From assembly GCA_038087875.1 (NCBI GenBank), contig CM075988.1:8496001-8560000 (forward strand): a stretch of 64,000 nt of DNA, in the 5' to 3' direction. Source of the stretch: Malacoraja senta (lineage: Eukaryota). The position numbers and the translations under genes were made by a program. Below are positions 24,871 through 38,800 of this stretch, piece after piece; the first letter of the stretch is position 1; each line of letters opens with the position of its first letter. The notes below the pieces were generated by a model, which was given only the letters and a program-made list of their open reading frames with translations, was not told where the DNA came from and did no database searches.

Positions 24871-25631
24871 TGGAATCAAAGATTGTCCTGATAAGGGGAT
24901 AGAGAGATCTCTCTTTCCCCTCCCCCCTCCATCTCTTCACTCCTACAAAAGGTTTGGAAAAAAATCATGCTTCTGAATGAAAACCAGGTTTCCTTTCTAA
25001 ATTCTAATTATTATCAATACAGAACAGCAATAAATAGGTGTGACAGCCTAAATCACACCCAATAATCTCTCATTCTGTTTTTGCTGGTTCACATGCACTG
25101 CTTATAACATGAGTGAATGAATCCCTGATGCAATTACTTTGTTGCTATTTCCCATCACGGAAAGAACTCAGTCCTCTGCACAAATGCTGCTGTTCTCAGA
25201 GGACTTCCACTGTGCAGGTGGCAGTGACTGAGAGCGTTGTGGTTCCAGCTTGCAGTTCAATATCAGTGTCTGGTATTGACCATCGTAGCCAATGCAGCCG
25301 AGAGTGATGCACATCACGATCTATCGATCAGATTGATGTGCAATGGGCTGAGAGAGGAACTGGGGAAAAGAGCTGATGGATTCAGGAATAAAAATCCTTC
25401 ACACAACTGAGTGCGAGATTCATTTTTAAGTTTGGTACCAACTATGCCAGTGTGGACAATGGGAAGGAAAAGACTGTTTTGTCACTAGGATTACCAATAT
25501 CATTCTCTTAACAAATACATTAACCTGTTGCAATAGCATGCACAAGTACACAGCAATTAATTTTGACCAATTCCATCAATTTCTGGCACTTTTCATCCTC
25601 CTCCTGGAAGCCTCTCAGACAACAGATAACA

Positions 25632-25900
25632 ATGGCACACCGGCAGAGTTGCTGCCTTACAGCGCCAGAGACCTGGGTTCGATCCTGACTACGGGTGCTG
25701 TCTGTACGGAGTTTGTACGTTCTCCCTGTGTTTTCTCCAGTTACGTTAGTTTCCTCTCACATTCCAAAGACGTGCAGGTTTGTAGGTTAATCGGTGTCGG
25801 TAAATGGTAAATTGTCCCTAGTGTGTAGGATAGCGCTAGTGTACAGGGTGATCGCTGGTCGGCAAGAACTCGGTGGGCCAAAGGGCCTGTCTCTAAAGTC
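25632..25900 (+). mobile_element. tRNA-derived SINE
   Basis: B-box GGGTTCGATCC, with core and tail as above. Confidence 0.85.
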
Positions 25901-26603
25901 TGAAGTAGGTATTTAATCAAACTATGCAGCCTTAGGAAGGTCACAATGGAGAGGCAGAGGCCAAATTATGACAATATGGAGAAGATCAAGCGGTGGAGAA
26001 TTAGGGCAGGCGTGAATATCAGATATAATCATATAATCAAACATTTATATTCGTTATAATCAATCATTGCCACAATAACAGTATATGTAATGAAACCATC
26101 CCATAATCATAAGCACTTTTGCAATGAGTCAATCCCGTTCTATCCGGAAAGCAACACTCGCTGATCAGTGGCATCAAGTTGACCTCAAGCTAGGAAAGTG
26201 TTGACATTAGCACTGTTATTGGGCAAGGTGTTACTGGGTGGACGGTTGTGCCAACAGCTGGCACACTAGCGAGACATTCCCTGCTGCATTGGAATACATC
26301 ACTCTCCTACATCTGAAGGCTTGACCTCTGTGCAGGCAACGTGTCACATATCAGGAGAGGATGAGCAGGAAAGAAAGAGGCAACAGGTGCATGTTCCTGA
26401 GAGAAAGCAGGAATTTCAGTGATCCAATGCTCACCTCCACAGAACTCAGCAGGACATGAATTTAGAGAGTAGAAGCAAAGAACTGTAGATGATGGTTTAT
26501 AACAAATTTAGACACAAAGTGTTGAAGAAACTCAGCAGGTCAGGCAGCATCTCCGGAGAAAAAGGAAAGGAGACATTTTGGGTCAGGACCCTTCTTCAGA
26601 CCC

Positions 26604-26950
26604 GGATAGAGTGGATGTGGAGAGGATGTTTCCATTTGTGGGAATGTCTAAGACCAGAGGGCATAGCCTCAGAATAAAAGGACGTACCTTTAGAGAGGAG
26701 ATGAGGAGGAATTGCTTTAGCCAGAGGGTGGTGAATCTGTGGAATTTATTGCCACATACAGCTGTGGAGGCCAAGTCATTCGGAATTTTAAAGCGGAGAT
26801 TGATAGATTCTTGATTAATCAGGGTGTCAAAGGTTTCGGGGAGAAGGCAGGAGAATGGGGTTGAGAGGGAAAAATAGATCAGCCATAGATCGAACGGCAG
26901 AGCAGACATGATGTGCCAAATGGCTCTAATTCTGCTCCTATTTTTTATGA
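26604..26950 (+). mobile_element. CR1 LINE 3' fragment adjoining a palindromic-family half element (26510-26600)
   Basis: DRVDVERMFPFVGMSKTRGHSLRIKGRTF...FSQRVVNLWN. Confidence 0.88.
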
Positions 26951-28494
26951 TCTTCCCTGGAACCTATGGAATAAAGGTGACTCGGAGGTGATGGAAGTCT
27001 GACAGTATTTTTAAAACAGTATAGTTCTGGCCAGATATCACTGTCAATGACCAACTCAAACTGATGGTCCATTGCACAGCATACGTGGATGCAGATAGAT
27101 TCAAAAATCAGACTTTTGGTGGTGGGGGAGGGGAAGGATATGGGAGTCATTGATTGGCAAGTCTAAAGGTATTTTAAAGCTCAGATTGGAGCTTGAGTGC
27201 AGAGGGATTTGAGCTGCTGAAGATTCATTCAGAATCATTATCATGTCAGCGACTAGCAGCAGAATCTCATTGGCAGCTCAGCCCATGTGCAAGGTGAATG
27301 TGAAAAACACTTCGGAAAGTTATTTGCGGTTTGGAAATTTTCAGACAACCCAACAAAAGAAATGAGTTGGTGTGTGTGGCTCAACGATGGCCCTTCTCGG
27401 CGGGTGAGCAACGGTAAAATCGTAACGCACAAGATGCATGTGCGTGTTCATTTGGCCCTGTTGACCACCGAACGATTTGGAATAATCCAAAAGGTAACAG
27501 CTGCAGTTCTGGAGTAACTCAGCGGGTCAGGCAGCATCTCTGGACAACATGGATAAGTGGCATTTCGGGTCAGTAGGAAGAATGGTCATTGGTGCTTTAT
27601 TGTTACACGTGTCAATGCACAGTGATTTTTTTTCTTTGCTTACAGTTCAGTAAAGCATTGGCATGCTCAAGTACAACCCCCAATTAGTAAACTACAAAAT
27701 AAATTCACTGAGTCCGCATGCAAAGAGGCGCCAAGTTTTGGGTCCGGACCCAAATTGTCACCTATCCATGTTCTGCAGAGAAGTTGCTCGACTTGCTGAG
27801 TTACTCCAACACTTTGTATCTTTTTTATTGTAAACCAGCATCTGCAGTTCCTTCTGTCTTGATATTTTGCATGCTTTGCTTAATCTAACAAATAAAGAAA
27901 GCTGAACTTATTTGAAAATCATTTCAGCTGAATAACATCTTTACTCCACGGAGGGGCTTAGTATGGGGCATTTTGTCACGCCAAGCCCTGGTGACAAATG
28001 CCCCAGTGTAGGCCAATGCTAGGCTCCCCCAGTCTGCGGTTCAAACCTGGGTGTCTCCATAGTGACAGACATTTGGATTACAATGTGGGCTCATCTTGGA
28101 AAACCATCAGCCTTTGACTTCTAACCTTCGGAATAGTAACGGGCTTTCAGATTGCAATCAGCCAATTTGCATGACACAGGCACACATCGATGTGCGCGCC
28201 CCTGGTGTGTCTGTCAAATGCAGCCCATCTATTAGCGGATTATAAAATATCGACGGCCCATGCAAATAGGAAACAAGGACAGATAAACCATGCTGCCGCT
28301 GACATGCCCCTTAAAGGAACCGCTCATCTTGCTGGTTTCGGCAGCTTTGAAGCACGTCTGGGGCAGTGAGGTGGCTGCCCGCAAAATACAGGAGTCGACA
28401 GACTCTGAGCCATGGAGAGTGTCGGGCCACTGATTCGGGGACCGATACGGTCAGTGGGGATAAACCGCGACATCCTCCACCTTCCAAAACACCA

Positions 28495-28708
28495 AAGATA
28501 GACCCAAAATGCCGGAGTAACTCAGCGGGACAGGTAGCATCTCTGGAGAGAGGGAATGGGTAACATTTCGGGTCGAGGCCCAGAAGAATGTCTCGATCTG
28601 AACGTCACCCATTCCTTCTCTCCAGAGATGCTGCCTGTTCCGCTGAGTTACACCAGCATTTTGTGTCCATCTTCAGTTGAAACCAGCATCTGCAGTTCCT
28701 TCCTACAC
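28495..28708. repeat. Palindromic Penelope-derived repeat
   Basis: GGAGTAACTCAGCGGGACAGGTAGCATCTCTGGAGAG followed by its reverse complement. Confidence 0.85.
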
Positions 28709-31700
28709 CTTCCAAAACACAAGCATGCTCAATGAGTAATCACGCTGTGCTTCATTCCTCCAACACAAACCAGACAGAAAGATGACTGAAGAGATCTTTA
28801 GCGTTATGGAAGAGTTCAGACAAGTAGAAAGCCTTCAACTCACATCTTCAGTAAAAGGAAATACAAGAAGGGAATCTCAAGAGAACATTTTTCACCCAGT
28901 AAGTGGCTAAAAATGGAGGGATTGTCCATACATTGGTTGAGGCAAATGGAAAAGGATATATTTAATGATAATACGAGAGAAAAGGATAGACAATTTGCTG
29001 ATTGTATGAAAAGAAATACGAGTCTCCTGTAATGCACATATTCTGAAATTGAATAATTGGGTCTAATGGGCTGATTCCATGTGTAAATTATGCAAGACAT
29101 TACTACATCAAACAACTAGAGTGCAGATTATGATTGGGTTGTTGGGCAGGTGCAATCACAAGCATTTTTGTTCCAGATCTCTCCCACATCTTCCACCCCC
29201 GCGGCAAGCACAACATTGCCACTAGCTTTCCATTTCATCCCCAACCAGGTTTGACATCTTTCACCCCTTCTCCTTTCTTGATCAGACCCAGGTCCGGAGT
29301 AAAACACAAAAGTGCTGGAGGAACTCTGGAGGATGAGGATAGAGTGGGACCCATCTTCAGACTGATTGTAGCAGGAAGGAGAAAGCCAGAAAGGAGGTGA
29401 GGTTGGGACAAAGCCTGACGAGTGATAGGTGGATACAGGCGAGGGGTGTTTGAGTGGCAGACAGGTGGGCAAAGGATTGGGATAAAAAGATGACAAAAGG
29501 GTGCAAGGACACAAGAGGAGCGAAAAATGAAGCCAGAGGAAGGTGACACGTACATGTCATCCAAAGTAGCTCTGCCCAATGGTAGTCATTGAGATATTTG
29601 ATCATCAGGGGGCGCAGCAGGCAGCACTGTGCTGCCTTCATTGGTGTACACATGCACTCACACACTCATGCACATGTAGGTATATTTTCAATCCAACACA
29701 AGGTGGTAGTTAAAAGTTCCTCCAGAACACATTACCCAAAATGACCAAAACTAATTGGAAAACCACCACAGCCGAGGTCAATCGGTAGCCATCGAACAAG
29801 ATAGCCCAATTAGAAATAACTGGCTTTTCAAAACAGATCATTTTACCTCCTTCACATCCAGTGTTCATTGAAACAGAGGCCAATTTAAACATTGATCTAT
29901 AGAACACCAAGTGAATTCCTCACAAATTAACCTGCATCTCAGTGAACTTGAATGTGTGAAGATGGTGTCAGGATAATTCCTGCACATCAAAATAGTGATG
30001 TAGGCTGGACCTTTCACAATTGCCTGAAGCAATGGCTTAATTAAATTGGTGTCAGTGGTTGCCTGATCCAGTCCCAATCTTTCCTCCTTCTCCCTGCTCC
30101 CATCGAGCAGAAGATTGAGAAATTTGAAAGCACCCACCACCAGACTCAGGAACAGCTTCTTCCCCTCTGTTATCAAGTTTCTGAACAATCCTTCCATAAG
30201 TCAGAGTACTGTTTGATTCACCTCTACCCCATTGCCCATTGCAAACATTGGACGTTGTCTATGAAACTGATGCATCACAATGCTGTATTCTGCACTCCGT
30301 ATTTCTCTCTTTTATCTATTGTACTTGAGTTTGGCTTGATTATATTCACGTATATTATATGATCTGATTGTACAGCCTGCAAAACAAATCTTGTCACTTT
30401 ACCACAGTACATATAACAATAACAAACCTTCAAAATGTAACTTCAGCCCATGTCACTCCACACTCCAGGTTTTGACCTAAAAATGGCAAGCACTGGGCCA
30501 GTCCGGCTGGCTTTCTAACACTACATTATTCCCAACCGGTACACGTCTCCACTTCAGTGCAGTGTCAATGAACAGCAAAGCCAACTGAACTTTAATTAGA
30601 GGGGTTATCGAAAGACTTATGCTCTCTACTACAGTCTTTTAGAATTAAAATGAACCCCTCCATCCCAGGGCTAAAAGGGCACTTTCGACATATCCATTAG
30701 TTTATAAACCGAGATATATAGTACGCAGAGAAGTTATGCAAAACATTTTTTTAAATACTGAAGATAGACACAAAGTGCTGGAGTAACTCTGCTTCAGTAT
30801 ATCTGAAGAAAAAGGATTGGTGACCTTTCAGGTCGGAATCTTTCTTCATCGTTTTTCTCCAGAGATGCCGCCTGACTTGCTGAGTTTGTGTAGCTTCGGA
30901 ATAAACCAGCATTTGCAATTCCTTTCTTCACATTTTTAAAATACTGGTTAGGCCCCAGCTGGCATACTGGTGCAGATTACTTCAGGAAAAATGTCAAGAT
31001 ATTGAAGAGGAAGCAGAAGCGGTTTCCCAGAAGGGTGAGACAAGGAAGTGCAGATGCTGGAATCTTGACCATAACACAGAGTGCTGGAGTAACTCAGTGG
31101 GTCAGGCTGCTTCTGTGGTAGGAATGGACTGGTAATGTTTTGGGTCGGACCCAAAACATCGCCAGTCCCGCTGGGTTACTGCAGCATTTTGTGTTTTGTT
31201 CATAGAAGGGTACCAGAGCTCTGGAACATCTGATAAATCCAGATAGTTATCCTTGGAGTGGAAAAGTTTAAGGGCAGAACTGTTCAAAAGATTGAGGATT
31301 TTGAGGCACAAATAACAAAAGAAAACACTTCTAAATTGTAGACAGATTTATTAATTGACTAAAGAACCAGACATGACAGGAGGGAAATAAATTAATGTAG
31401 CAAGTTGCTAGGGTGTGGAATGGATTGTTTGAGAAGATTTAAGAGAATTTAAGAGAAATTTGGATGAATATTTGGAGAGCTTTTCTGCACTAGGGAAAAG
31501 CCACAGAGGTATGGGCTTAATTGGATAAATCTTTTAAATGCCAGCAGAGGCATAATGGGCCAAATGGCCTTCTATATTATTTGACAATTTTAGTCTATGA
31601 CACTAAATGAGTTTTTCTCTGGGTAATGAAATTGTAAACGTGTTCTGAATAAGTAGGCGCACAATTTCTCATCATGCAGTGCAGAGAGTGTTTTCTCAAA

Positions 31701-32297
31701 GCAATCCCAATTTAGAAATTCTAAGCACATAATTCTGTTCCAAAGAAACATCCTCATTCTTTAATTCTGCTCTTTTGTTGAAGTCATACACCTGCCTTTT
31801 AGGAATTGCTTCGATGACCACAATGTGGCCTTCAGCTTCACCAGCCCTACCTTGAACCTTATCTGGCTATTCAGGCGCCACCCTCCCACATGAGGCTTTG
31901 TATTGACATGATCCTGTTGCAGAAGTTAAAGCAAAGGGCAGATGTATGCAATTACTGGGTAAGGGTGGTGAGGCTGGGAGCTGAAATCAGTAGGGACTGC
32001 AATCATCGCAGGGTAATTACTAAGACTTATTTCTTCTGTGCAAGTTACCTGCAGTCTCACAGAAGAGAAAAACCTTTCCGAAAAGCTCAGCAGATAAATA
32101 AAACTGTAAGTTATGTAGAAGATAGCCACAAAATGCTGGAGTAACTCAGCAGGACAGGCAGCATCTCTGGAGAGAAGGAATGGGTGACGTTTCAGGTCAA
32201 GAATCCTTCTTCAGACTGAGTTACTCCAACATTTTGTGTCTATCCTCGATTTAAACCAACACCTGCAGTTCCTTCGTACAGTGCCAGTTACGTAGTT

Positions 32298-32835
32298 TCT
32301 CTTCAAGCGTGGAGAAGTCAAGCACACATGCTCTCCTGATCTAGTGATCAGAGACACTCACTGATAGTCACTCAATAGCAATCAGGAGGGAATTGTATTA
32401 AATAACCCTGGTTAACGGCAACATCACTATCTCTGCCCTTGATTCCAATCAACCAATTTACCACAGAACAGGGATTAAACATATAAAATTCTGCCTGTGA
32501 GCCTCAGTACCAGACTAGGTCATCTACTGTATTAAATGACCAAACTGCAGATGATACTGGTTACAAACCCAAATTGCAAATTATGCTCTTCACCCACAGA
32601 GAAGTCAAGCACAAATGATATCCTGATCTACTGATCATAGACTATTCAATGAAAGTCACTCAATAGCAATCAGGAGGGAATCTTATTAAACAATCCTGGC
32701 TAATGGTAACATCACTATCTCCCCCCCTTGATTCACATCATCCAATTTAGCACAGAATAGGGATTAAACATAGAAACTTCTGATCAGTCAGGAGCACAAA
32801 AGGTAATCAATTAAACTAACAAACTGCAGATGAGA
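32298..32835. repeat. Diverged tandem duplication with a period of about 287 bp
   Basis: GAGAAGTCAAGCAC...GTCACTCAATAGCAATCAGGAGGGAAT...GGGATTAAACATA...CAAACTGCAGATGA occurs from both 32312 and 32599. Confidence 0.9.
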
Positions 32836-35506
32836 ATCTGGTTTTCTTTTTGAAATTACTAATAATCTCCGAGAGAAAACCACATAAAAAAAAACCATGG
32901 AGCATTTTGCAAACATCCCACAGAGACGTGACCTGCAAAAGTGGACAACTCTTCAATGCAAAAGCAGAATTGTTCAATATTAAATATTACAGACAACAGT
33001 TTGTTTGATGTAGTTTTAATGTCACACACACTACAGTGGAAAAGAAGCTAGTCGGTTTCACCTCAGGATCATTCACTGAAATAAAATGAGTACTAACCCT
33101 TTGAGAGCAGCACCAGCAGTTCTTCATTGTGATCATTATCGTAAGATTAGGTGCTCAATTTATTCAAAGAATACAATTAACAAAGATCTACTCTTTGCAT
33201 TTCTAATGTTCGGGGAATTGTGTTTCCTAGGTTTGCTTTTATTCAGGTGGAGGGTTTGACGTTTTGTTTATTGAAGGTATCTGGGGAAGGATTTTTTTTT
33301 GGAAAGAAGGGTGGTCATTAGTTCACACTCATAGAAGTACCCTCTTCTGACATTGTGAGGATTACATTGATGTAATGTATTCAACACAAAGCACATAGAC
33401 TCAAAAAGAAAGCTGCAACACAGAGGAAGCCAGTTTGCCCTTCATGCTCTCAGCAGCCTAAGAAGTGCAAGTGCTCCAAACTGTACTTCCTAGCTCTTGG
33501 TCAATAGATAGGCTGGCCACAGCTCCTATCCATCTGTTTTTGGTTTCCTTTCTGGCACTCTTTTAAAGAGCTAAGCCCACAACATCTCTTCCATGGGGGA
33601 AAAATGCTATCAATTCCCTTCCAATCCATTCATCAATTACCTTAAATCTATGTCCATTAGTTCTTGATCTCTATATTAGCCAAAAGAGATTTTTCATATG
33701 CATCATTTCCAAACCCTTATTTTTTTTTATACCACAGTTAACTTTTCCTCACCCTCCTCTGTTCCAGTCCTACCAACCCTTTCTCATAATTAAAATTCTC
33801 CAGTCATCACACACTTTTTTTACACACAGACTTCACACACAGAAACTGGTGTGTGCCAGTGTGTTCTGCATACACTTGCTTCCACGTCTCTGTATTCAAC
33901 CCTATCAATATATATTTTAAATTCCATCCTACTCTTAACTAAACCCCTATAAAATGCATCTCCACTCCCTCTTCCATCACATGTTAGCAGTAGCAAGTTT
34001 CAAGGTCACTTTTGCCGTGGGTCTTGCACGAGGGAAGAATGTTGGTTGAAGCATCTCCTTTGAAGATGAGGACAAGTGGAGGAGAGGTGGGCAGGAGAAA
34101 TAGTTGCCCGCCCCAGATTCAGTTAATGCACCGTGAAAATATTCAACTCTCAATACCTTTACTCACACTTGCATTGATTTCACAAGCCTTCACTTCAGCT
34201 ATCACCACCCTTTTAAAGTGGACGTCATTACAAGTCTCAGGAGTGTTTGAGGAGATGGCTGCAGGGTGGGGTGGCAGGTCCAAACGGGTTTACTCTGTGT
34301 CAGGTCAGTGTGACAGAAGGCATTACAATCACAATCCTTTCCTTATTCATTTTCTCAGTTACACCTCCTTGATGACCTTTCATTCTTTTATTTAAATTTC
34401 AAATAAATTCTATTTCTAATAAAAAAATACATAGAAAACAAATAACCGTGCAAAAAAAACCTCAATGCATTCCTAGTGTTTATACATTCAATATTGCTAG
34501 TCAATACTCAGTAGTGTCTTCACACAAAACACCTTTGCCACTCATGTGGCCCCCTAATGTGATATACCTTCCCTTATTTGAGGGGTGCACAGCCTCCTCA
34601 GTGTTCAGCAGCTGAAGGACCCGAATGTACACTAAATGCACTGATCATGACATCTTTCACTCTCCCTTCTAGTGGGAAGGCAAGGTGCCCTTTAAGTCAG
34701 GGAGAGCAAATCTACTTTCACAAGGAAAATCTGTCCTATTGATCCAACAAAAATGTCAGCAGTCCCTCAATTCCCAAGCATTAGGCTATATGGGTTTAAA
34801 ATAAGATAGAAATTGGCATGATTATTATCAGTCAGACTTACAACCAGGATACTAAGGTAGAGAAAGAATACTTTAAACAGGTCACAATCACTCCACTTGG
34901 TGGTCCCACACCATATGCCCTGTAATGGTAACCACTCAAATGCTCATGAACGATAAATTAAATGGATTCTGTAATATATGCCGTCTAATATTGTTAAATA
35001 TCGCATCTTTCAAAAAAAATATTATTTTAAGAATTATTCATGAAAGGCTAGAAATTGATTTGTAATTATATCTTCATTACCGAGGTTTAATACTGAGATA
35101 ATTCTTATTCCGGAAAAATAATCTGTGCAATAAAATATTAATAAGAATTTCACAGCAATAAAAAGGTTTTATGATAGCAGCTGTTGTGATATCCAGGTCC
35201 AGGAACCAAAGGGAAGAGCGCGATAATATCAAACATAAATTCATTTTTAATCAAATTCAAGATGAATTATACGAAGACAGTGAAAATATAACTAGATTAA
35301 CCGTGTAAAAACTTTCTCTATTTTACAATCTACAGTGTTCAGATTCTGTTTTGCCAAACTTTGTTAAACCACCGGCTCTTTAGCCCAACTTCGGAAAACT
35401 GGTATATTTTAATCAAATATATGCATATACTAAACAGTCCTCTCCAGACCGGAGAGCTGCCGACAGCATGGTTTTAAATCACAAACTCTGTACAGGGGCG
35501 ACTCAC

Positions 35507-35672
35507 CGTTGACATAAGTCAGGTTTCCACTGTCCGTGACGTTCTCTCCGAAGGTTGACAGGCTGGCATTGTATAGGAAGAGCGGGTCGGTCGAGTTGGC
35601 TGAATCTGCGGAGATTGAATCCGCAAAAAGGTTCATTTGCAGTAGTGTTTTCAATAAGTATCTGAGCATCAT
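35507..35672 (-). CDS. ROBO3: Roundabout guidance receptor 3, first coding exon (long N-terminal isoform)
   Basis: Translates (M)MLRYLLKTLLQMNLFADSISADSANSTDPLFLYNASLSTFGENVTDSGNLTYVN-G. The first 18 aa match the human ROBO3 N-terminus as I recall it (MLRYLLKTLLQMNLFADS...NGSR). Tandem ATGs lie at 35672 and 35669. The exon ends AACG|GTGAGT (donor at 35506-35501, phase 1), and there are several N-glycosylation sequons. Confidence 0.93.
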
Positions 35673-36200
35673 GATCACACATTAGCTTGTGATTTTCTTT
35701 TAAGTTTTTTTTTGAATAAAGGAAAGATTGTGCGTGTGCAGCTCAGGCGAGGCGACAGTGGAGGTCTGGAATGTCTTCAGTGACTGTTCAAATAACTTCA
35801 GTCTGTGCTGTCTATAGGCAGTCCTTCAACTCGCCGAGGTTAGCACAGTCTGATGGGCTTTTCACTCTTCTCTCTCGCTGCTGTCTGTCTCTCTCTCTCT
35901 CTCTCACTCACTCACTCTCTGTGTGTCTCTCTTCCTGTGAGTGTATGATCGGGATCCCTCGGGGAGGGAAGTAGAAACCAGGTGCTTGCACCAATAAATG
36001 TTTAATTATGAGATTAATAAGGCTCCCGGGAGAGGAGGGAAGAGCCGAGAGTCACGCACATTGAAACTCAGCCTGCTGGGCTACGAGAGAGAGAGAGAGA
36101 GGAGCGAGGATAAAAGCAAGCTCCATCCACTCTTCTCGGCGCAAATTTCAGTTTAATGAGAGAACGGGGCAGGCTGGAGAGATTGTGTGCGTTACTGCTG
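35673..36200 (-). promoter_or_regulatory. ROBO3 5' UTR and proximal promoter region
   Basis: Repeat-free and relatively CpG-retaining sequence directly upstream of the start codon. It contains (CT)n/(GA)n tracts (35880-35930, 36085-36100) and a CCAAT/TAAT-rich cluster at about 35990-36020. The TSS cannot be determined from sequence. Confidence 0.6.
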
Positions 36201-37104
36201 CAAACTTTAATTCGTCTTCACGCCAAGACTATGCAAAGGACCCTTCTCTCAAGACAGAGGCGGTGCTGGCTTTTTATTGCAGTTCTTTCCCCCAAATCAG
36301 CACTCTGCTTCATTCTAAAGGACATTTGCCTTTCTAAAAAAAAACAAAAGCGAAGGCAGGCGTGGAGTAAATCGTGCCTCCTCTCATACTCAGTATTGTG
36401 AATCTATTTTATCCTCTGCTATTTGCATATTATTCAATGCACCCTTCACATCTCCGTTAATTGCATTTCATACCCACATCTCCACGTACCGCACTGCATC
36501 TTAACCCTTTCCAGGGTAAATATTATGTCGAAATTTGTTTTTTTTAATGATTTGAGTTAACAAGATCAATATTTGTGTTGTGATTTGGTTAGTTTATTGC
36601 CCCCTTCACTCATGCAGTCTGATAAATTGCCAAATGTTTTGCTTCCTGGTATAAACTGATGGTTTAGTCCCATCACTATCTCTGGGCAATTTGTAATCCT
36701 TGTGTTGCTGGACCAATATGTGTAATAAGAATGAAAGAATTCTGGACACAGATTGGTATTCTTGTGGTGTTCCTGGCATTCACCGCGTTGTTGCAATAGT
36801 TCCTGATTTATTCATTTCCCCATTCATTTATTTGTTTTTTTTGTATATATTTTTGTTTGCACTTATCTCTGAGGCCCTTGCATTCACTCTCTCACTACAC
36901 ACCCAGGCAATACTGGTACTCAACACTGCCCCTGCAGGTTTAGGTTCGTCCACCAGAGGTCACGATTTAGACGCGAAGCTTGTTTGGATGAAGGTGTTAT
37001 AATAGGATGCCCGAGCCTATTGCAAATGGGTTTTTCAAATTTGTGCAAAGACAATCGTGCAAAGACAAAGAAAATGTGTGCTATTGGGTTTGGCCATCAT
37101 CTCC

Positions 37105-37745
37105 TAGAACATAAAACATAGAGGTGTACAACACAGGGACAGGCCCTTCGGCCCACAATGTCCATGCCGAACATGATGACAAGATATACTAATCTCATTG
37201 GACTGCACACGATCTATATCCCTCGATTCTCTGCAAATCTATGAGCCTATCTAAAATCCTCTAAAACGCCACTATTATATCTGCTGCCCCCCACCACCAG
37301 CGCTGGCAGAGTGTTCCCAGCTCCCACCACTCTCTGCATTAAAAAATTGTCCTGCACATCTCCTTTACCCTTTGTCAATTTGACCTTAACGCTATGCCCA
37401 CAGGTCTTTGACATTTCTACCCTGGGATACAGGTTCTCACTGCCTCCCCTTAAACCTACACTTCTCCTGGTTTTATATACTTCTATCATGTCTCCCTACA
37501 ATCTCTGGCATTCCAGAGAAAACTATCTGAATTTGTCCAACTTCTCCTTGTAACTGACACCCTCTAATCTAGGCAACATTCTGGTAATCCTCTTCTACAC
37601 GCTCTCCAAAGTCTACACATCTTTTCCTATAATGGGGTGACCAGAACTTTTTAAAGCTGCATCATGAGTTACTGACATTCTCAATGGCCGGATCAATAAA
37701 GGCAAGAATACCTTAAGCCTTCTTTACCACTCTATCCTCGTGTTG
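37105..37745 (-). mobile_element. CR1 LINE 3' fragment (older)
   Basis: Degenerate C-terminal ORF2 (IEVYK...QRVVGA) and the 3' UTR. Confidence 0.8.
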
Positions 37746-38593
37746 AACTGACAGTTGCTGATTAGTCTAAATTCTTCTGCTTTCTACTTTCCCTTCTTCA
37801 AGAGTCAAGAGTGTTTTATTATCATATGTCCCAGACAGAACAATAAAAATCTTACTTGCAGCATCACGACAGAATATGCAAACATTGTACTCTGTAAACA
37901 ATATAATAAACAAGAAAAATAGTTCAATGTGTCTGTATATATACACACTTAGATATATACACACACATATACATACACACATATATATATGTGGCCAGTG
38001 GGGGGGTGGCTTTCTGGAGCGCTAGTATGGGTGTTGTGGGCTGGACTGGTTTCCAGAGGGCTAGTATGGACATTGTGGGCCGAATGGATTCTTGGGCTGA
38101 CAGCTCAGTCAGTCAAGCTTGTTGTGCTGGCAGCTCACTCACTCACGGCTGGTGGGCTGGCAGTTGACTCACGGCTATTCCTTGAAATTCCATTTCAAGC
38201 AGGGTGCAAGGCCACCAAATTCAAGTGCAGTTTCATGCCATTTCAAGCAGGGTGCAAGGCCACTAAAGACAGCGAGTCGTGACCTCTCCCTGCTCCATCT
38301 TGCAGAGACTGAGCCACGCCCACACTTCTGGGTTTTATAGTCCCTCCCCCCCTCAAACCATAAGGGGCATGGCCTTCATGGGTGATTGACAGGAGAGAGA
38401 ATCTCAACATTTTTTAAACACTAATAACTCTTTTATTTTTCATCGATGGGAAAAATCCTCAGCGCCTGAGGAGCGGAGGGAGACTCTGAGTAAGATGGCC
38501 AAAAGTCACAGCCGTACCTGGTAGCATTTTTTTCTAAAATCAATATAAAGCACAAACAGGAAGTGGTCAAGATTAGACTTTTAATTATATAGA

Positions 38594-38800
38594 AGGCAAG
38601 GCAACTTTAATTAGGCAAGGCAACTTTAATTAGGCAAGGCAACTTTAATTAGGCAAGGCAACTTTAATTAGGCAAGGCAACTTTAATTAGGCAAGGCAAC
38701 TTTAATTAGGCAAGGCAACTTTAATTAGGCAAGGCAACTTTAATTAGGCAAGGCAACTTTAATTAGGCAAGGCGACTTTAGTTAGGCAAGGCAACTTTAG
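38594..38800. repeat. 19-bp minisatellite (AGGCAAGGCAACTTTAATT), about 11 copies
   Basis: Directly visible, nearly perfect tandem array. Confidence 0.97.

Noticed and set aside
35430..35506. C-terminal part of the 82-aa ORF (ESPLYRVCDLK...)
   Set aside because: It is read-through past the GTGAGT splice donor into the intron.
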